Source: Rhizobium leguminosarum bv. viciae USDA 2370
GTDB taxonomy: Bacteria > Pseudomonadota > Alphaproteobacteria > Rhizobiales > Rhizobiaceae
NCBI RefSeq assembly: GCF_002008365.1
Contig: NZ_MRDL01000036.1
Coordinates: 151,676-175,675 of the forward strand
Direction of reading: 5' to 3'
DNA length: 24,000 bases
Positions 8,076-16,048 of this stretch are shown piece by piece; within the stretch, counting starts at the first letter, position 1, and each line of letters begins with the position of its first letter. The notes under the pieces were generated by a model that saw nothing but the letters and a program-made list of their open reading frames with translations, was not told the origin of the DNA and did not search any database. The position numbers and the translations under genes were made by a program.

Positions 8076-8442
8076 ACGAAGGGCCGGATCGCATCGAGGT
8101 TCTGCCGGTCCTGCCGTCGCTCGATATCGATGAGACGCTTGCCTTCTACCGCGATGCGCTCGGTTTTACCGAGATCGTCTGTCGGGCGGCGGACTATCTC
8201 GTCCTGCGGCGCGACGACATGGAGCTGCATTTCTGGCGGACGCAGGATGCCACGCTTTGCCAGAACAGCTCCGTCTATCTCCGAGGCGGCGGCATCGGCG
8301 CCCTCCACGCGGAATATCGCGAAAAGGGCGTCGAGCGCCTGAGCGATATGGAGGTGCGGCCATGGAACATGGAGAGTTCTACATCCATGATCCGCACGGC
8401 AATCTGCTGCGCTTCGGCCGTGTGCCGCAGCCGCGTGACTAG
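8072..8442 (+). pseudogene. VOC / glyoxalase-bleomycin resistance family protein with apparent frameshift
   Basis: Frame 1 encodes MNEGPDRIEVLPVLPSLDIDETLAFYRDALGFTEIV...ELHFWRTQD...MEVRPWNM. The expected C-terminus EFYIHDPHGNLLRFGRVPQPRD* continues in another frame (ORF 8257..8442), implying a 1-nt deletion near 8371. Unshifted ORF ends at 8503. Confidence 0.7.
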
Positions 8443-8508
8443 AGCAACTCCAGCAAAAGTGCGCAGCGGTTTTGCGTCCGGATTGCGAGAAAACAAAACA
8501 TAGAGAAA

Positions 8509-8525
8509 TTCCCTCGCTCGGGGAA
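8509..8525. terminator. Possible weak bidirectional terminator between convergent genes
   Basis: TTCCCTCGCTCGGGGAA: 5-bp arms flanked by AAA/AAAAA, located between converging ORFs. Confidence 0.35.
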
Positions 8526-8538
8526 AAACGGAAATGCT

Positions 8539-8910
8539 CTATGCCTTGGCGCGGAAGACAGCGCCTGCCGCAACGGCCAGCCAGCCAAGCATCATCGCCC
8601 AGCCGCCGGTCGGCGCGGCATAGGGGAAGAGGCCGGAGCCGGTAAAGCGCAGGGTGACGAGATCGCCCGCAAAAAGCAGCGTTCCGACAATCAACAGGAA
8701 ACCGGCCAGCCAGGCGGTTCTGAGCCTGGCACTGCCGAGAGCCAATGCCAGCAGGGCAGGGGCGTGGGCAAGGCACATGGCAGATGCGGATGCCGCAAGA
8801 TTGGCCTCGCCGCCGCCATGGGCAGCAAGGGCGGCAAGCGCCACGCCGGCTACGCCGAACAGGCCGGCAAAGAGATAGAGCACCGGTTCCAGACGCGCGT
8901 TCAAGCTCAT
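8539..8910 (-). CDS. DUF423 family small membrane protein
   Basis: MSLNARLEPVLYLFAGLFGVAGVALAALAAHGG...FLLIVGTLLFAGDLVTLRFTG...PTGGWAMMLGWLAVAAGA; characteristic DUF423 motifs (AHG, GTLLFSGDL, P.GG..ML.GW). Confidence 0.88.
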   Translation of the reverse strand: MSLNARLEPVLYLFAGLFGVAGVALAALAAHGGGEANLAASASAMCLAHAPALLALALGSARLRTAWLAGFLLIVGTLLFAGDLVTLRFTGSGLFPYAAPTGGWAMMLGWLAVAAGAVFRAKA

Positions 8911-9335
8911 GGTTGTTCCTTGTGGTCAGGGGCCCTGTTCTGCATATGGTAGGCGAGTCGTTCCACCGGCGCCCAGATGAGATCGCGCAGCGCTTGGCTT
9001 GCGATCGTCTCGTCCAGGGCGCGGCGGAAGCAGAGCAGCCATTCGTCGCGTTCGACAGGGCCGATCTCGGCGACGAAATGGCGGCTGCGCAGGCGCGGAT
9101 GGCCGCGCTTATCGGTATAGAGCGGCGGGCCGCCGAGATAACCGCTCATATATTCGTAGAATTTCTCTTCACTGCCGGTAAGGCTCGGCGGATGCACGGC
9201 GCGCACGTTTCTCGCCTCCGGCAGCGTGTCCATCAGCTCATAGAAGCGGTGCGTCAGCGCCCGTACGACAGGATCGCCGCCGACCGCCTGATAGAGTGTG
9301 GTGATCTTCTCCGTCACGAAACCATCCCATGCCAT
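8907..9335 (-). CDS. Group II truncated haemoglobin
   Basis: TLYQAVGGDPVVRALTHRFYELMDTLPEARNVRAVHPPSLTGSEEKFYEYMSGYLGGPPLYTDKRGHPRLRSRHFVAEIGPVERDEWLLCFRRALDE; typical TrHbO. Internal ATG at 9335 chosen; stop overlaps DUF423 start (ATGA). Confidence 0.88.
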   Translation of the reverse strand: MAWDGFVTEKITTLYQAVGGDPVVRALTHRFYELMDTLPEARNVRAVHPPSLTGSEEKFYEYMSGYLGGPPLYTDKRGHPRLRSRHFVAEIGPVERDEWLLCFRRALDETIASQALRDLIWAPVERLAYHMQNRAPDHKEQP

Positions 9336-9447
9336 CCTAATCCCCAGGCCCTTCATGCACCGGGCGGAAAATGATCGCAACTGTCATCAAGGTGCCGCGG
9401 CATTTCGCGCATAATGCAGGCACGGCAGGGGTTGTGGCCGATTCTCC

Positions 9448-9476
9448 TTGACAAAACCGTCCGGACGGTATCTTTT
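9448..9476 (+). promoter_or_regulatory. TetR-type promoter/operator: TTGACA -35, 14-bp palindrome in the spacer
   Basis: TTGACA at 9448-9453; perfect palindrome ACCGTCCGGACGGT at 9456-9469; weak -10 region TCTTTTAAT after a 17-nt spacer; immediately upstream of the TetR gene. Confidence 0.55.
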
Positions 9477-9483
9477 AATTTGC

Positions 9484-10047
9484 ATGTTGAACGCTCATCA
9501 TCGCAAGAAGCAGCCCGTCCTCGTGCGCCAGCAGTTGCTGGAGGTCGCCGCGCGCCTTGCTGCCAGCGAAGGCATGGCCGCCGTCACGCTCGATGCGGTT
9601 TCCGCTGCGTCCAGCGTCAGCAAGGGCGGGCTGCTGCATCACTTCCCGACGAAGAATGCGCTGCTCGACGCCTTGTTCGAGAGCCTGCTCGAAAAGTTCG
9701 ACGCCGATATAGAGGAACTGATGCGCGGCGATCCGCTGCCGCAGGGCCGCTTCACCCGCGCCTATCTCAGGGCGGTATCCGGTCTCAAGGATCGTCCCGA
9801 CGATTCCAGGAATTGGACGCAGGTGACGATCGCGCTTCTTGCCGAACCCCGGTTGCGTCTTCGCTGGCGCCAATGGGTACAGGCGCGGTCGGAGGAATAT
9901 ATCGGCACAGACTCCTCCCTCGACGCACAAGTCGTGCGTTTCGCCGCCGACGGACTTTGGTTCGCAGATACGTTGGAAAGCCATGATATCAGCGGCGTTC
10001 TGAGGCGGGATCTCATCGATCGCCTTGTCGAACTGACCGGCAAGTAA
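9484..10047 (+). CDS. TetR/AcrR family transcriptional regulator
   Basis: MLNAHHRKKQPVLVRQQLLEVAARLAASEGMAAVTLDAVSAASSVSKGGLLHHFPTKNALLDALFESL: TetR HTH. Confidence 0.88.
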   Translation: MLNAHHRKKQPVLVRQQLLEVAARLAASEGMAAVTLDAVSAASSVSKGGLLHHFPTKNALLDALFESLLEKFDADIEELMRGDPLPQGRFTRAYLRAVSGLKDRPDDSRNWTQVTIALLAEPRLRLRWRQWVQARSEEYIGTDSSLDAQVVRFAADGLWFADTLESHDISGVLRRDLIDRLVELTGK

Positions 10048-10064
10048 TTCGAAAGGGATTCGCC

Positions 10065-10406
10065 ATGAGCCAGGCCGCCGTCTACGGGCTGCTGTTTGCA
10101 GCCATCGTGCTCGAAGTCATTGGCACGACCGCGCTGCAGCTGTCGCAGCAGTTCACCCGCATCGGGCCGACGGCACTCGTCGTCGCCTGTTATGCGGCTG
10201 CCTTCTATTGCCTGTCGCTGACCCTGAAAAGCATCCCCGTCGGTATCGCCTATGCGATTTGGAGCGCTTTGGGAATCGTGCTGATTTCCTCGGTCGGTCT
10301 GGTTTTCTTCAAGCAGCGCCTCGACCTGCCGGCAGTCGTCGGGCTCGGGCTGATCATATCGGGCGTTGTGGTCGTCAATCTATTCTCGAAATCCGTTTCG
10401 CATTGA
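10065..10406 (+). CDS. SMR (EmrE/SugE-type) small multidrug efflux transporter
   Basis: MSQAAVYGLLFAAIVLEVIGTTALQLSQQFTRIGPTALVVACYAAAFYCLSLTLKSIPVGIAYAIWSALGIVLISSVGLVFFKQRLDLPAVVGLGLIISGVVVVNL: four TMs, conserved TM1 Glu and GIAYAIWSA motif. Confidence 0.92.
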   Translation: MSQAAVYGLLFAAIVLEVIGTTALQLSQQFTRIGPTALVVACYAAAFYCLSLTLKSIPVGIAYAIWSALGIVLISSVGLVFFKQRLDLPAVVGLGLIISGVVVVNLFSKSVSH

Positions 10407-10459
10407 TATTGCTGTGATATTTTAAGGCCGTTTCTCCGCCTCAGGCCGGTAAATTTTCC

Positions 10460-10483
10460 CCTTTGTCAAAATACTGACAAAGG
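10460..10483. promoter_or_regulatory. Candidate operator: perfect inverted repeat CCTTTGTCA-AAATAC-TGACAAAGG
   Basis: 9-bp arms with 6-nt spacer; overlaps -35-like TTGTCA (10463-10468), which is 17 nt upstream of TATGTG; 115 bp before the ThuA-like ORF. Confidence 0.5.
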
Positions 10484-10597
10484 TCTATGTGTTCTTTGAA
10501 CGTGGAGGAGACGAGGCGCAGCCAGCGCCATTTTCCAAAGCGCTTTGAATCCTGCCTTCCCGCCTATCGATACTTCCAGGTTCTACAGGAGCACATC

Positions 10598-11383
10598 ATG
10601 GCCATTCGCACCGTCGTCTGGGGAGAGAATATCCACGAGAATACCAATGCCATCGTCCGGGATATTTATCCCGAAGGCATGCACACGACGATCGCCAACG
10701 CGCTGAATACCGATTCCGATATCTCGGCGACGACAGCGACGCTGCAGGAGCCGGAACACGGCCTCAGCGAAGCCCGCCTTGCCGAAACCGACGTGCTGAC
10801 CTGGTGGGGCCACAAGGATCACGGCGCGGTCTCCGACGTCGTCGTCGAGCGTGTTGCCAAGCGCGTCTGGGAAGGCATGGGCCTGCTCGTGCTGCATTCG
10901 GGGCATTTCTCCAAGATCTTCAAGCGGCTGATGGGTACGCCCTGCGCGCTGAAATGGCGCGAGGCGGGTGAACGCGAGCGTCTGTGGACAATCAATCAGC
11001 GCCATCCGATCGCAGCAGGCATCGGCGAGCATTTCGAGCTCGAGAACGAAGAAATGTACGGCGAGCAGTTCTCGGTGCCGGAGCCGCTCGAAACGGTGTT
11101 CATCTCCTGGTTCCAGGGCGGCGAAGTGTTTCGCTCGGGCCTGACCTGGCGCCGTGGCGCCGGCAATATCTTCTATTTCCGCCCCGGTCACGAGACCTAT
11201 CCGACCTATCACGACGTCAATGTCCAGAAGGTGCTGATCAACGGCGTGAAGTGGGCCTATAACCCTGAGGGGGCGTTGACTGGTATCACCGACGCTCCAA
11301 ATGTCCCGGTAGAAAAAGCACTGGAGCCGATCGTCGAACGCGGCCCGAAACTGCACCAGGCCGGCGAAGCCGGTTACCGCTGA
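10598..11383 (+). CDS. thuA: ThuA-like (trehalose utilisation family) protein
   Basis: [37 protein letters not shown]...[51 protein letters not shown]...: ThuA. GGAGCACATC upstream of ATG 10598. Confidence 0.88.
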   Translation: MAIRTVVWGENIHENTNAIVRDIYPEGMHTTIANALNTDSDISATTATLQEPEHGLSEARLAETDVLTWWGHKDHGAVSDVVVERVAKRVWEGMGLLVLHSGHFSKIFKRLMGTPCALKWREAGERERLWTINQRHPIAAGIGEHFELENEEMYGEQFSVPEPLETVFISWFQGGEVFRSGLTWRRGAGNIFYFRPGHETYPTYHDVNVQKVLINGVKWAYNPEGALTGITDAPNVPVEKALEPIVERGPKLHQAGEAGYR

Positions 11384-11392
11384 GGAGCATCC

Positions 11393-12436
11393 ATGCGACT
11401 ACTCGTTCTTGGCACCGGGGTGATGGCGAAAAACCAGCTCGCCCGCTTCCCCCTTATCGACGGCGTGACTGTGGTCGGTGCCGTCGACACCGATCCTGAG
11501 CGGCTTTCGGCCTTCGCCGACAAGTTCAACATCGAAAAGCGGTTTCTTTCACTGGAGGAGGCGATCGCCTGGGGTGAATTCGATGCGGCGACGAACGTGA
11601 CGCCCGACCGCATCCATCACCCGACGACGATGGCTCTGATTGCCGCCGGCAAGCACGTCTTCTGCGAAAAACCGCTGGCGGAGAACTATGCGAAGGCGCT
11701 GGAGATGACAGAGGCGGCCGAAAAAGCCGGCGTCATCAACATGGTCAACCTGACTTATCGAAACGTCGCGCCGCTGCAGCGCGCCCGTGAGATGGTGCTC
11801 GCCGGCGAGCTCGGCACGATCAGGCACGTCGAAGCCTCCTATCTCCAGAGTTGGCTCGTGTCGCGCGCCTGGGGCGACTGGCGCACAGAATCGACCTGGC
11901 TGTGGCGGCTTTCCACCGGCCATGGCTCGAACGGCGTGCTCGGCGATGTCGGCATCCATATCCTCGATTTCGCCGCCTATGGTGCGGCGACCGACATCGA
12001 CCACGTCTTTGCGCGGCTGAAGACCTTTAACAAGGCGCCGGGCGGCCAGATCGGCGAATATCTGCTCGATGCCAATGACAGCTTCACCATGTCTGTCGAT
12101 TTCGCCAATGGTGCACTCGGCGTCATCCATGCCAGCCGTTGGGCGACAGGGCATCTGAACGAGTTGAAGCTGCGGATTTATGGCGAGAGGGGCAGCCTTG
12201 AGGTCATCCATCGTCCCAGCGGTTCTGAGCTGCATGGCTGCCTCGGCGAGGATGTCGAAACCGCCACCTGGACGAAGATCGAGGTTGAACCGGTAGCGAC
12301 CAACTACGAGCGTTTTGCCGAGGCCGTGGCAAGCGGCATCCAGCCGGATCCGAACTTCCGCCACGCCGCCAACCTGCAGAAGGTGCTCGATCTTGCGATG
12401 GTGACCGAGCGCGAGCGGCGCGAGCTGAAGGTCTGA
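11393..12436 (+). CDS. Gfo/Idh/MocA family oxidoreductase (ThuB-like partner)
   Basis: MRLLVLGTGVMAKNQLARFPLIDGVTVVGAVDTDPERLSAFADKF... nucleotide-binding motif, GKHVFCEKPLAENYAKALEM (EKP motif); 10 bp after the ThuA-like gene. Confidence 0.88.
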   Translation: MRLLVLGTGVMAKNQLARFPLIDGVTVVGAVDTDPERLSAFADKFNIEKRFLSLEEAIAWGEFDAATNVTPDRIHHPTTMALIAAGKHVFCEKPLAENYAKALEMTEAAEKAGVINMVNLTYRNVAPLQRAREMVLAGELGTIRHVEASYLQSWLVSRAWGDWRTESTWLWRLSTGHGSNGVLGDVGIHILDFAAYGAATDIDHVFARLKTFNKAPGGQIGEYLLDANDSFTMSVDFANGALGVIHASRWATGHLNELKLRIYGERGSLEVIHRPSGSELHGCLGEDVETATWTKIEVEPVATNYERFAEAVASGIQPDPNFRHAANLQKVLDLAMVTERERRELKV

Positions 12437-12443
12437 TCCTGTC

Positions 12444-12486
12444 CGCTGGATAGGCCGCCGTTCATCCGACGGCAGCTTATCCAGCG
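12444..12486. other. Stem-loop (9-bp perfect arms CGCTGGATA/TATCCAGCG) after the dehydrogenase gene
   Basis: Arms at 12444-12452 and 12478-12486; no adjacent T-tract, so not a canonical intrinsic terminator. Confidence 0.45.
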
Positions 12487-12540
12487 CATCGGCGCGTTGA
12501 TCCGCTTTTCGTTTGCGAGATTTTGACGCTATGCTTCTGC

Positions 12541-14076
12541 ATGGGCAGCTCGACGCTTTCCTTTGGTCCGTTCCTTTACGATCCCGTGACAGGAAGCCTG
12601 TGGCGGGAAGGGAAGTCCATTGCGACGGGACCACGGCCGGCAGCTCTGCTCGGTTTGCTGCTGGAGGCTGAGGGCCGCGTCGTCACCAAGGCGGATCTGA
12701 TGGACAGGGCCTGGCCGGGGCTTGCCGTGGAGGAAGGCAACCTCACGGTTCAGATTGCCACGCTCAGGAAGATTCTCGGCGCAAGGCCCGATGGCACGGA
12801 GTGGATCGTCACGGTTCCCAGGGTCGGTTATCGCCTGCCGCGCCGGGACGATGCCGGGATGGCGCCCGTGGCGCCGCAGCCGCCTTCCGTCGCGGTTCTT
12901 CCCTTCGTCAATCTCGGTGGCGATGTCGACCAGGATTATTTTGCCGATGGCGTGGTGACGGAGATCATCACCGCCCTTGCGCGCTTCCGCTCCTTTTCGG
13001 TCGTCTCGCGCCATTCCGCCTTTATTTACAAGGGACGCAGCATCGATGTGCGACAGGTGGCGGCGGAGCTCGGAGTACGCTACGTGCTCGAAGGCAGCAT
13101 CCGGCGGGAAGGCGGGCAGGTGCGTATCAATGTGCAGCTGGTCGACGGCGTGACCGCGACCAATCTCTGGGCCGATCATTTTGAAGACGGCATCAGCCAC
13201 ATCTTCGCCTTCCAGGACCATATCACCGAACGCGTCGCCTCGATCGTTGAGCCGGCGATCGAGATCGCCGAAATCCAGAGGTCACGACGTGACCGGCCGA
13301 ACAGTCCGGCAGTTTACGATCTCTATCTGCGTGCGCTTGCCGCGATCATCGACGAATCGATCGAAAGTAATGCCGCCGCCTATGCCTTGCTGCAGGAAGC
13401 GCTCGCCATGGAGCCGGAAAATGCGATGCTGCTTTCCCATGCCGCATGGGCGCTCGAACATCGCATTACCATGGGTTGGCCACGGCTCGGGACGGACGAC
13501 AAGGCGGAATGTATCAGCCTTGCCCGTCGCGGGCTTCAGCATTCGGCCGGCGATCCCCGCGTGATGGCCCATTGCGGCATGGCATTGCTGCAGACGGGCA
13601 AGGATTACGAAGGTGGCATGGCCGTGCTGGAGGCCGCCGCTGCCGCCAATCCCAACGATCTTCTGGTCGCGGCCTGCTCCGGCATTGCGGCCTTGCACTG
13701 CGGCGATATCGAACAGGCGCTCGAGCGACTGCATCGCGCCGTGAAATTGGGACCCCGCGATCCGGATGCGCGGTTTTCGCTGACGGGCATTGCCATGGCC
13801 GAACTCTTTCGCGGCAATTACGAGGCGGCAATTTCATACGCCTCTCGTTCGCTGGCGCTCAATGCCCATTTCGACCCGACCTACTGGATGTTGATCGCCG
13901 CACATGCGCATCTCGGCAATATGGAGCAGGCGCGCCAGTTCCTCCATGCGCTCGAGGCGATGGCACCTGATGTGACGCTGGAAGGCATTCTGGCGGGTCA
14001 GCCGGCCAAGGATCCGCTGCGTTTTGCGCCGGTTCTGGAAGGACTGGCGCGCGCCGGGATGCGGCCGCGGCTATAG
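12541..14076 (+). CDS. Winged-helix (OmpR/HilA-like) transcriptional regulator with TolB-like and TPR regions
   Basis: N-terminal wHTH (LSFGPFLYDPVTGSLWREGKSIATGPRPAALLGLLLEAEGRVVTKADLMDRAWPGLAVEEGNLTVQIATLRKILG), VAVLPFVNLGGDVDQDYFADGVVTEIITALARF, then TPR-like repeats. ORF begins at 12523; exact start unclear. Confidence 0.83.
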   Translation: MGSSTLSFGPFLYDPVTGSLWREGKSIATGPRPAALLGLLLEAEGRVVTKADLMDRAWPGLAVEEGNLTVQIATLRKILGARPDGTEWIVTVPRVGYRLPRRDDAGMAPVAPQPPSVAVLPFVNLGGDVDQDYFADGVVTEIITALARFRSFSVVSRHSAFIYKGRSIDVRQVAAELGVRYVLEGSIRREGGQVRINVQLVDGVTATNLWADHFEDGISHIFAFQDHITERVASIVEPAIEIAEIQRSRRDRPNSPAVYDLYLRALAAIIDESIESNAAAYALLQEALAMEPENAMLLSHAAWALEHRITMGWPRLGTDDKAECISLARRGLQHSAGDPRVMAHCGMALLQTGKDYEGGMAVLEAAAAANPNDLLVAACSGIAALHCGDIEQALERLHRAVKLGPRDPDARFSLTGIAMAELFRGNYEAAISYASRSLALNAHFDPTYWMLIAAHAHLGNMEQARQFLHALEAMAPDVTLEGILAGQPAKDPLRFAPVLEGLARAGMRPRL

Positions 14077-14259
14077 GCTTTTGCAAGTTTTTGCAGCTTT
14101 TAGTCGGACTTTAAAGACCCAGCCCCGTCGCTTCGGCCACGCTGATCCCATCAATCAGGATGGAGGATCGGCTCATGCTTTCCAGCATGCATATTCTATC
14201 GCTCAAACAGGGCAAGCTTTACGGCGACCGAATTCCGATAGAGGCGCTGCCACAGGGGT

Positions 14260-14287
14260 TTGGAGCCTTTCCTAGGAAAGGCTCCAA
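14260..14287. repeat. 28-bp perfect palindrome TTGGAGCCTTTCCTAGGAAAGGCTCCAA
   Basis: 14-bp arms, no spacer, in a non-coding gap between two genes. Confidence 0.85.
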
Positions 14288-14345
14288 GTTGCCACGGCAC
14301 CTTGTCGTTCTGTTCTCGCTGATCGGCAGGTGGCGCAAGCGCACG

Positions 14346-14371
14346 AAAAAAGGCCCCGCCGAAGCGGGGCC
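14346..14371 (-). terminator. Rho-independent terminator (UUCG tetraloop) for the minus-strand gene
   Basis: On the minus strand: GGCCCCGC-TTCG-GCGGGGCC followed by TTTTTT; located just downstream of the ORF ending at 14412. Confidence 0.9.
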
Positions 14372-14411
14372 GGAAGTTGCCGAGCCGCAACAGGCGGCTT
14401 CGGTTGCCTGA

Positions 14412-14807
14412 TTATTCTATGACCTGCACCACACGGTGGCTGCGGGGTTCGACAATCACGCGTTGATTGTTGATGACCGTGTAGGCATATTTCGGATTGT
14501 CAGGCACCGGCGTCACGACGACGTCTGCCGGAAGCGGCTTGCCGACGACGATCGGTTCCTGGACTACCACGGAGGCGGTCGGGGCCGGCTGCTGCTGGAC
14601 ATAGGTAACGACCTCGCGCGGCGGCGGATCGACAACGGCACCGGCGACACCACCGGCCACGCCGCCAATGGCAGCACCCACGGGGCCGCCGACGATTGCG
14701 CCGGTGATGGCACCACCGGCTGCACCGGTCACGGCTCCATCAGCGAGCGCATTGGTTGCAAGTGACGACAGCGCAAGGGCGCTGGAGACAAGTAGGACCT
14801 TGTACAT
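14412..14807 (-). CDS. Small secreted glycine-rich protein, DUF1236-like C-terminus
   Basis: MYKVLLVSSALALSSLATNALADG signal peptide, glycine-zipper GAAGGAITGAIVGGPVGAAIGGVAGG, C-terminal PDNPKYAYTVINNQRVIVEPRSHRVVQVIE. Confidence 0.85.
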   Translation of the reverse strand: MYKVLLVSSALALSSLATNALADGAVTGAAGGAITGAIVGGPVGAAIGGVAGGVAGAVVDPPPREVVTYVQQQPAPTASVVVQEPIVVGKPLPADVVVTPVPDNPKYAYTVINNQRVIVEPRSHRVVQVIE

Positions 14808-14937
14808 TTTGCTTCTCCTTTGCTGGGGTTGCGTTTGGGTAACGACCACGCCAATCCGAGGTTCCAGCAGGAGAGAGTCACGCTTTGGAAGGCCGGTTCA
14901 CATTATGTGAGGCGGCTGAAGCCGGGGTTGGGAGGCG

Positions 14938-16047
14938 TTATTCCAGCCGCCGGCGGAAGAGCCAGGCGGCGGCGCTGAGCGTAACGGTGGCGATCAGCGC
15001 CAGCGGGATCGTCTGGTTCACCACCTCGCTCAGCGGAATATCCTTGAGGAAGACGCCTTTGACGATCACCAGGAAATAGCGCAGCGGGTTGATCAGGGTC
15101 ACCGGCTGCAACCACCCCGGCATGTTCTCGATCGGCGTCGCAAAGCCTGAGAGCAGCATGGCCGGAACCATGAAAAGGAAGGCGCCGAGGATCGCCTGCT
15201 GCTGCGTCATCGACAGTGCCGAGATGAAGAGGCCAAGGCCGGCGACCGAGCCGAGATAGAAGATCGCGCTGCCGTAAAGCAGGAAGAGCGAGCCGCGCAG
15301 CGGCACTTCGAAGAGGAAGACTGCGGCCAGGATATAGACGGTGATGTGGAAGAGGCCGATCATCATCGGCGGGATCAGCTTGCCGATCAGGATCTCGTGG
15401 ATGCGCAGCGGCGAGACCATCAGCTGGTCGAAGGTGCCGAGTTCGCGTTCGCGGGCGATCGACAGCGCGGTGACGATCAGGCCGATCAGCAGCGCGATGC
15501 TGGCGATCAGGTTCGGCACCATGAACCATTGGTAGGTGAGGTTCGGATTGAACCAGTTGCGCGGCACGGTCGACACGATATCGGCGCCGGCGCGTTTGCC
15601 GGCCGGGGTCTCGGCAGCGAGCGCTGCACCGATCTGCGAGAGATAGCCCGCGACGATCTGCGAGGCGTTGGAGCGGCGGCCATCAAGCACCATCTGCAGG
15701 TCGGCCGGCGCTCCCGCCTCGATATTGCGCGAAAAGTCAGGGCCGATCTCGACGGCGGCAATGGCCGTCTGGTTGTCGATCGCCACGCGGACCTCCGCTT
15801 GGCTGGAGGCGATCTCGATCTTCCGGAAAGTCGGCGAGCCATCGATGCGCTCGATCAGTTCCTGGCCCCAGTGGCCGCTGTCGCGGTTGAGGATCAGGAC
15901 GTCGACATTGCGGACCTCGAGCGTCGCCGCATAGGAGAAAACGAGAAGCTGGACGATCGGCGGGCCGATCAGGATGGCGCGGCCCTTGGGGTCGCGCAGG
16001 ACGGCAAGCAATTCCTTGACGATCAGGGCGTAAAGCCTTGTCCACAT
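14938..16047 (-). CDS. ABC-2 type transporter permease (YbhR/YhhJ-like)
   Basis: MWTRLYALIVKELLAVLRDPKGRAILIGPPIVQLLVFSYAATLEVRNV...ERELGTFDQLMVSPLRIHEILIGKLIPPMMIG; typical ABC-2 permease. Internal ATG at 16047 chosen. Confidence 0.88.
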   Translation of the reverse strand: MWTRLYALIVKELLAVLRDPKGRAILIGPPIVQLLVFSYAATLEVRNVDVLILNRDSGHWGQELIERIDGSPTFRKIEIASSQAEVRVAIDNQTAIAAVEIGPDFSRNIEAGAPADLQMVLDGRRSNASQIVAGYLSQIGAALAAETPAGKRAGADIVSTVPRNWFNPNLTYQWFMVPNLIASIALLIGLIVTALSIARERELGTFDQLMVSPLRIHEILIGKLIPPMMIGLFHITVYILAAVFLFEVPLRGSLFLLYGSAIFYLGSVAGLGLFISALSMTQQQAILGAFLFMVPAMLLSGFATPIENMPGWLQPVTLINPLRYFLVIVKGVFLKDIPLSEVVNQTIPLALIATVTLSAAAWLFRRRLE

Positions 16048-16048
16048 C

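Noticed and set aside
10425-10458. GGCC-containing stretch after the SMR gene as a terminator
   Set aside because: Only 4-bp self-complementary GGCC elements with a long loop; too weak to call.
10583-11356. 257-aa minus-strand ORF opposite the ThuA-like gene
   Set aside because: Antisense shadow; ThuA-like sequence is clearly on the plus strand.
11549-12634. 361-aa minus-strand ORF opposite the Gfo/Idh/MocA gene
   Set aside because: Antisense shadow, no recognisable domain.
14898-14910. TCACAT-T-ATGTGA dyad downstream of the exporter operon
   Set aside because: Short 6-bp arms with no supporting promoter or terminator context; plausible by chance.
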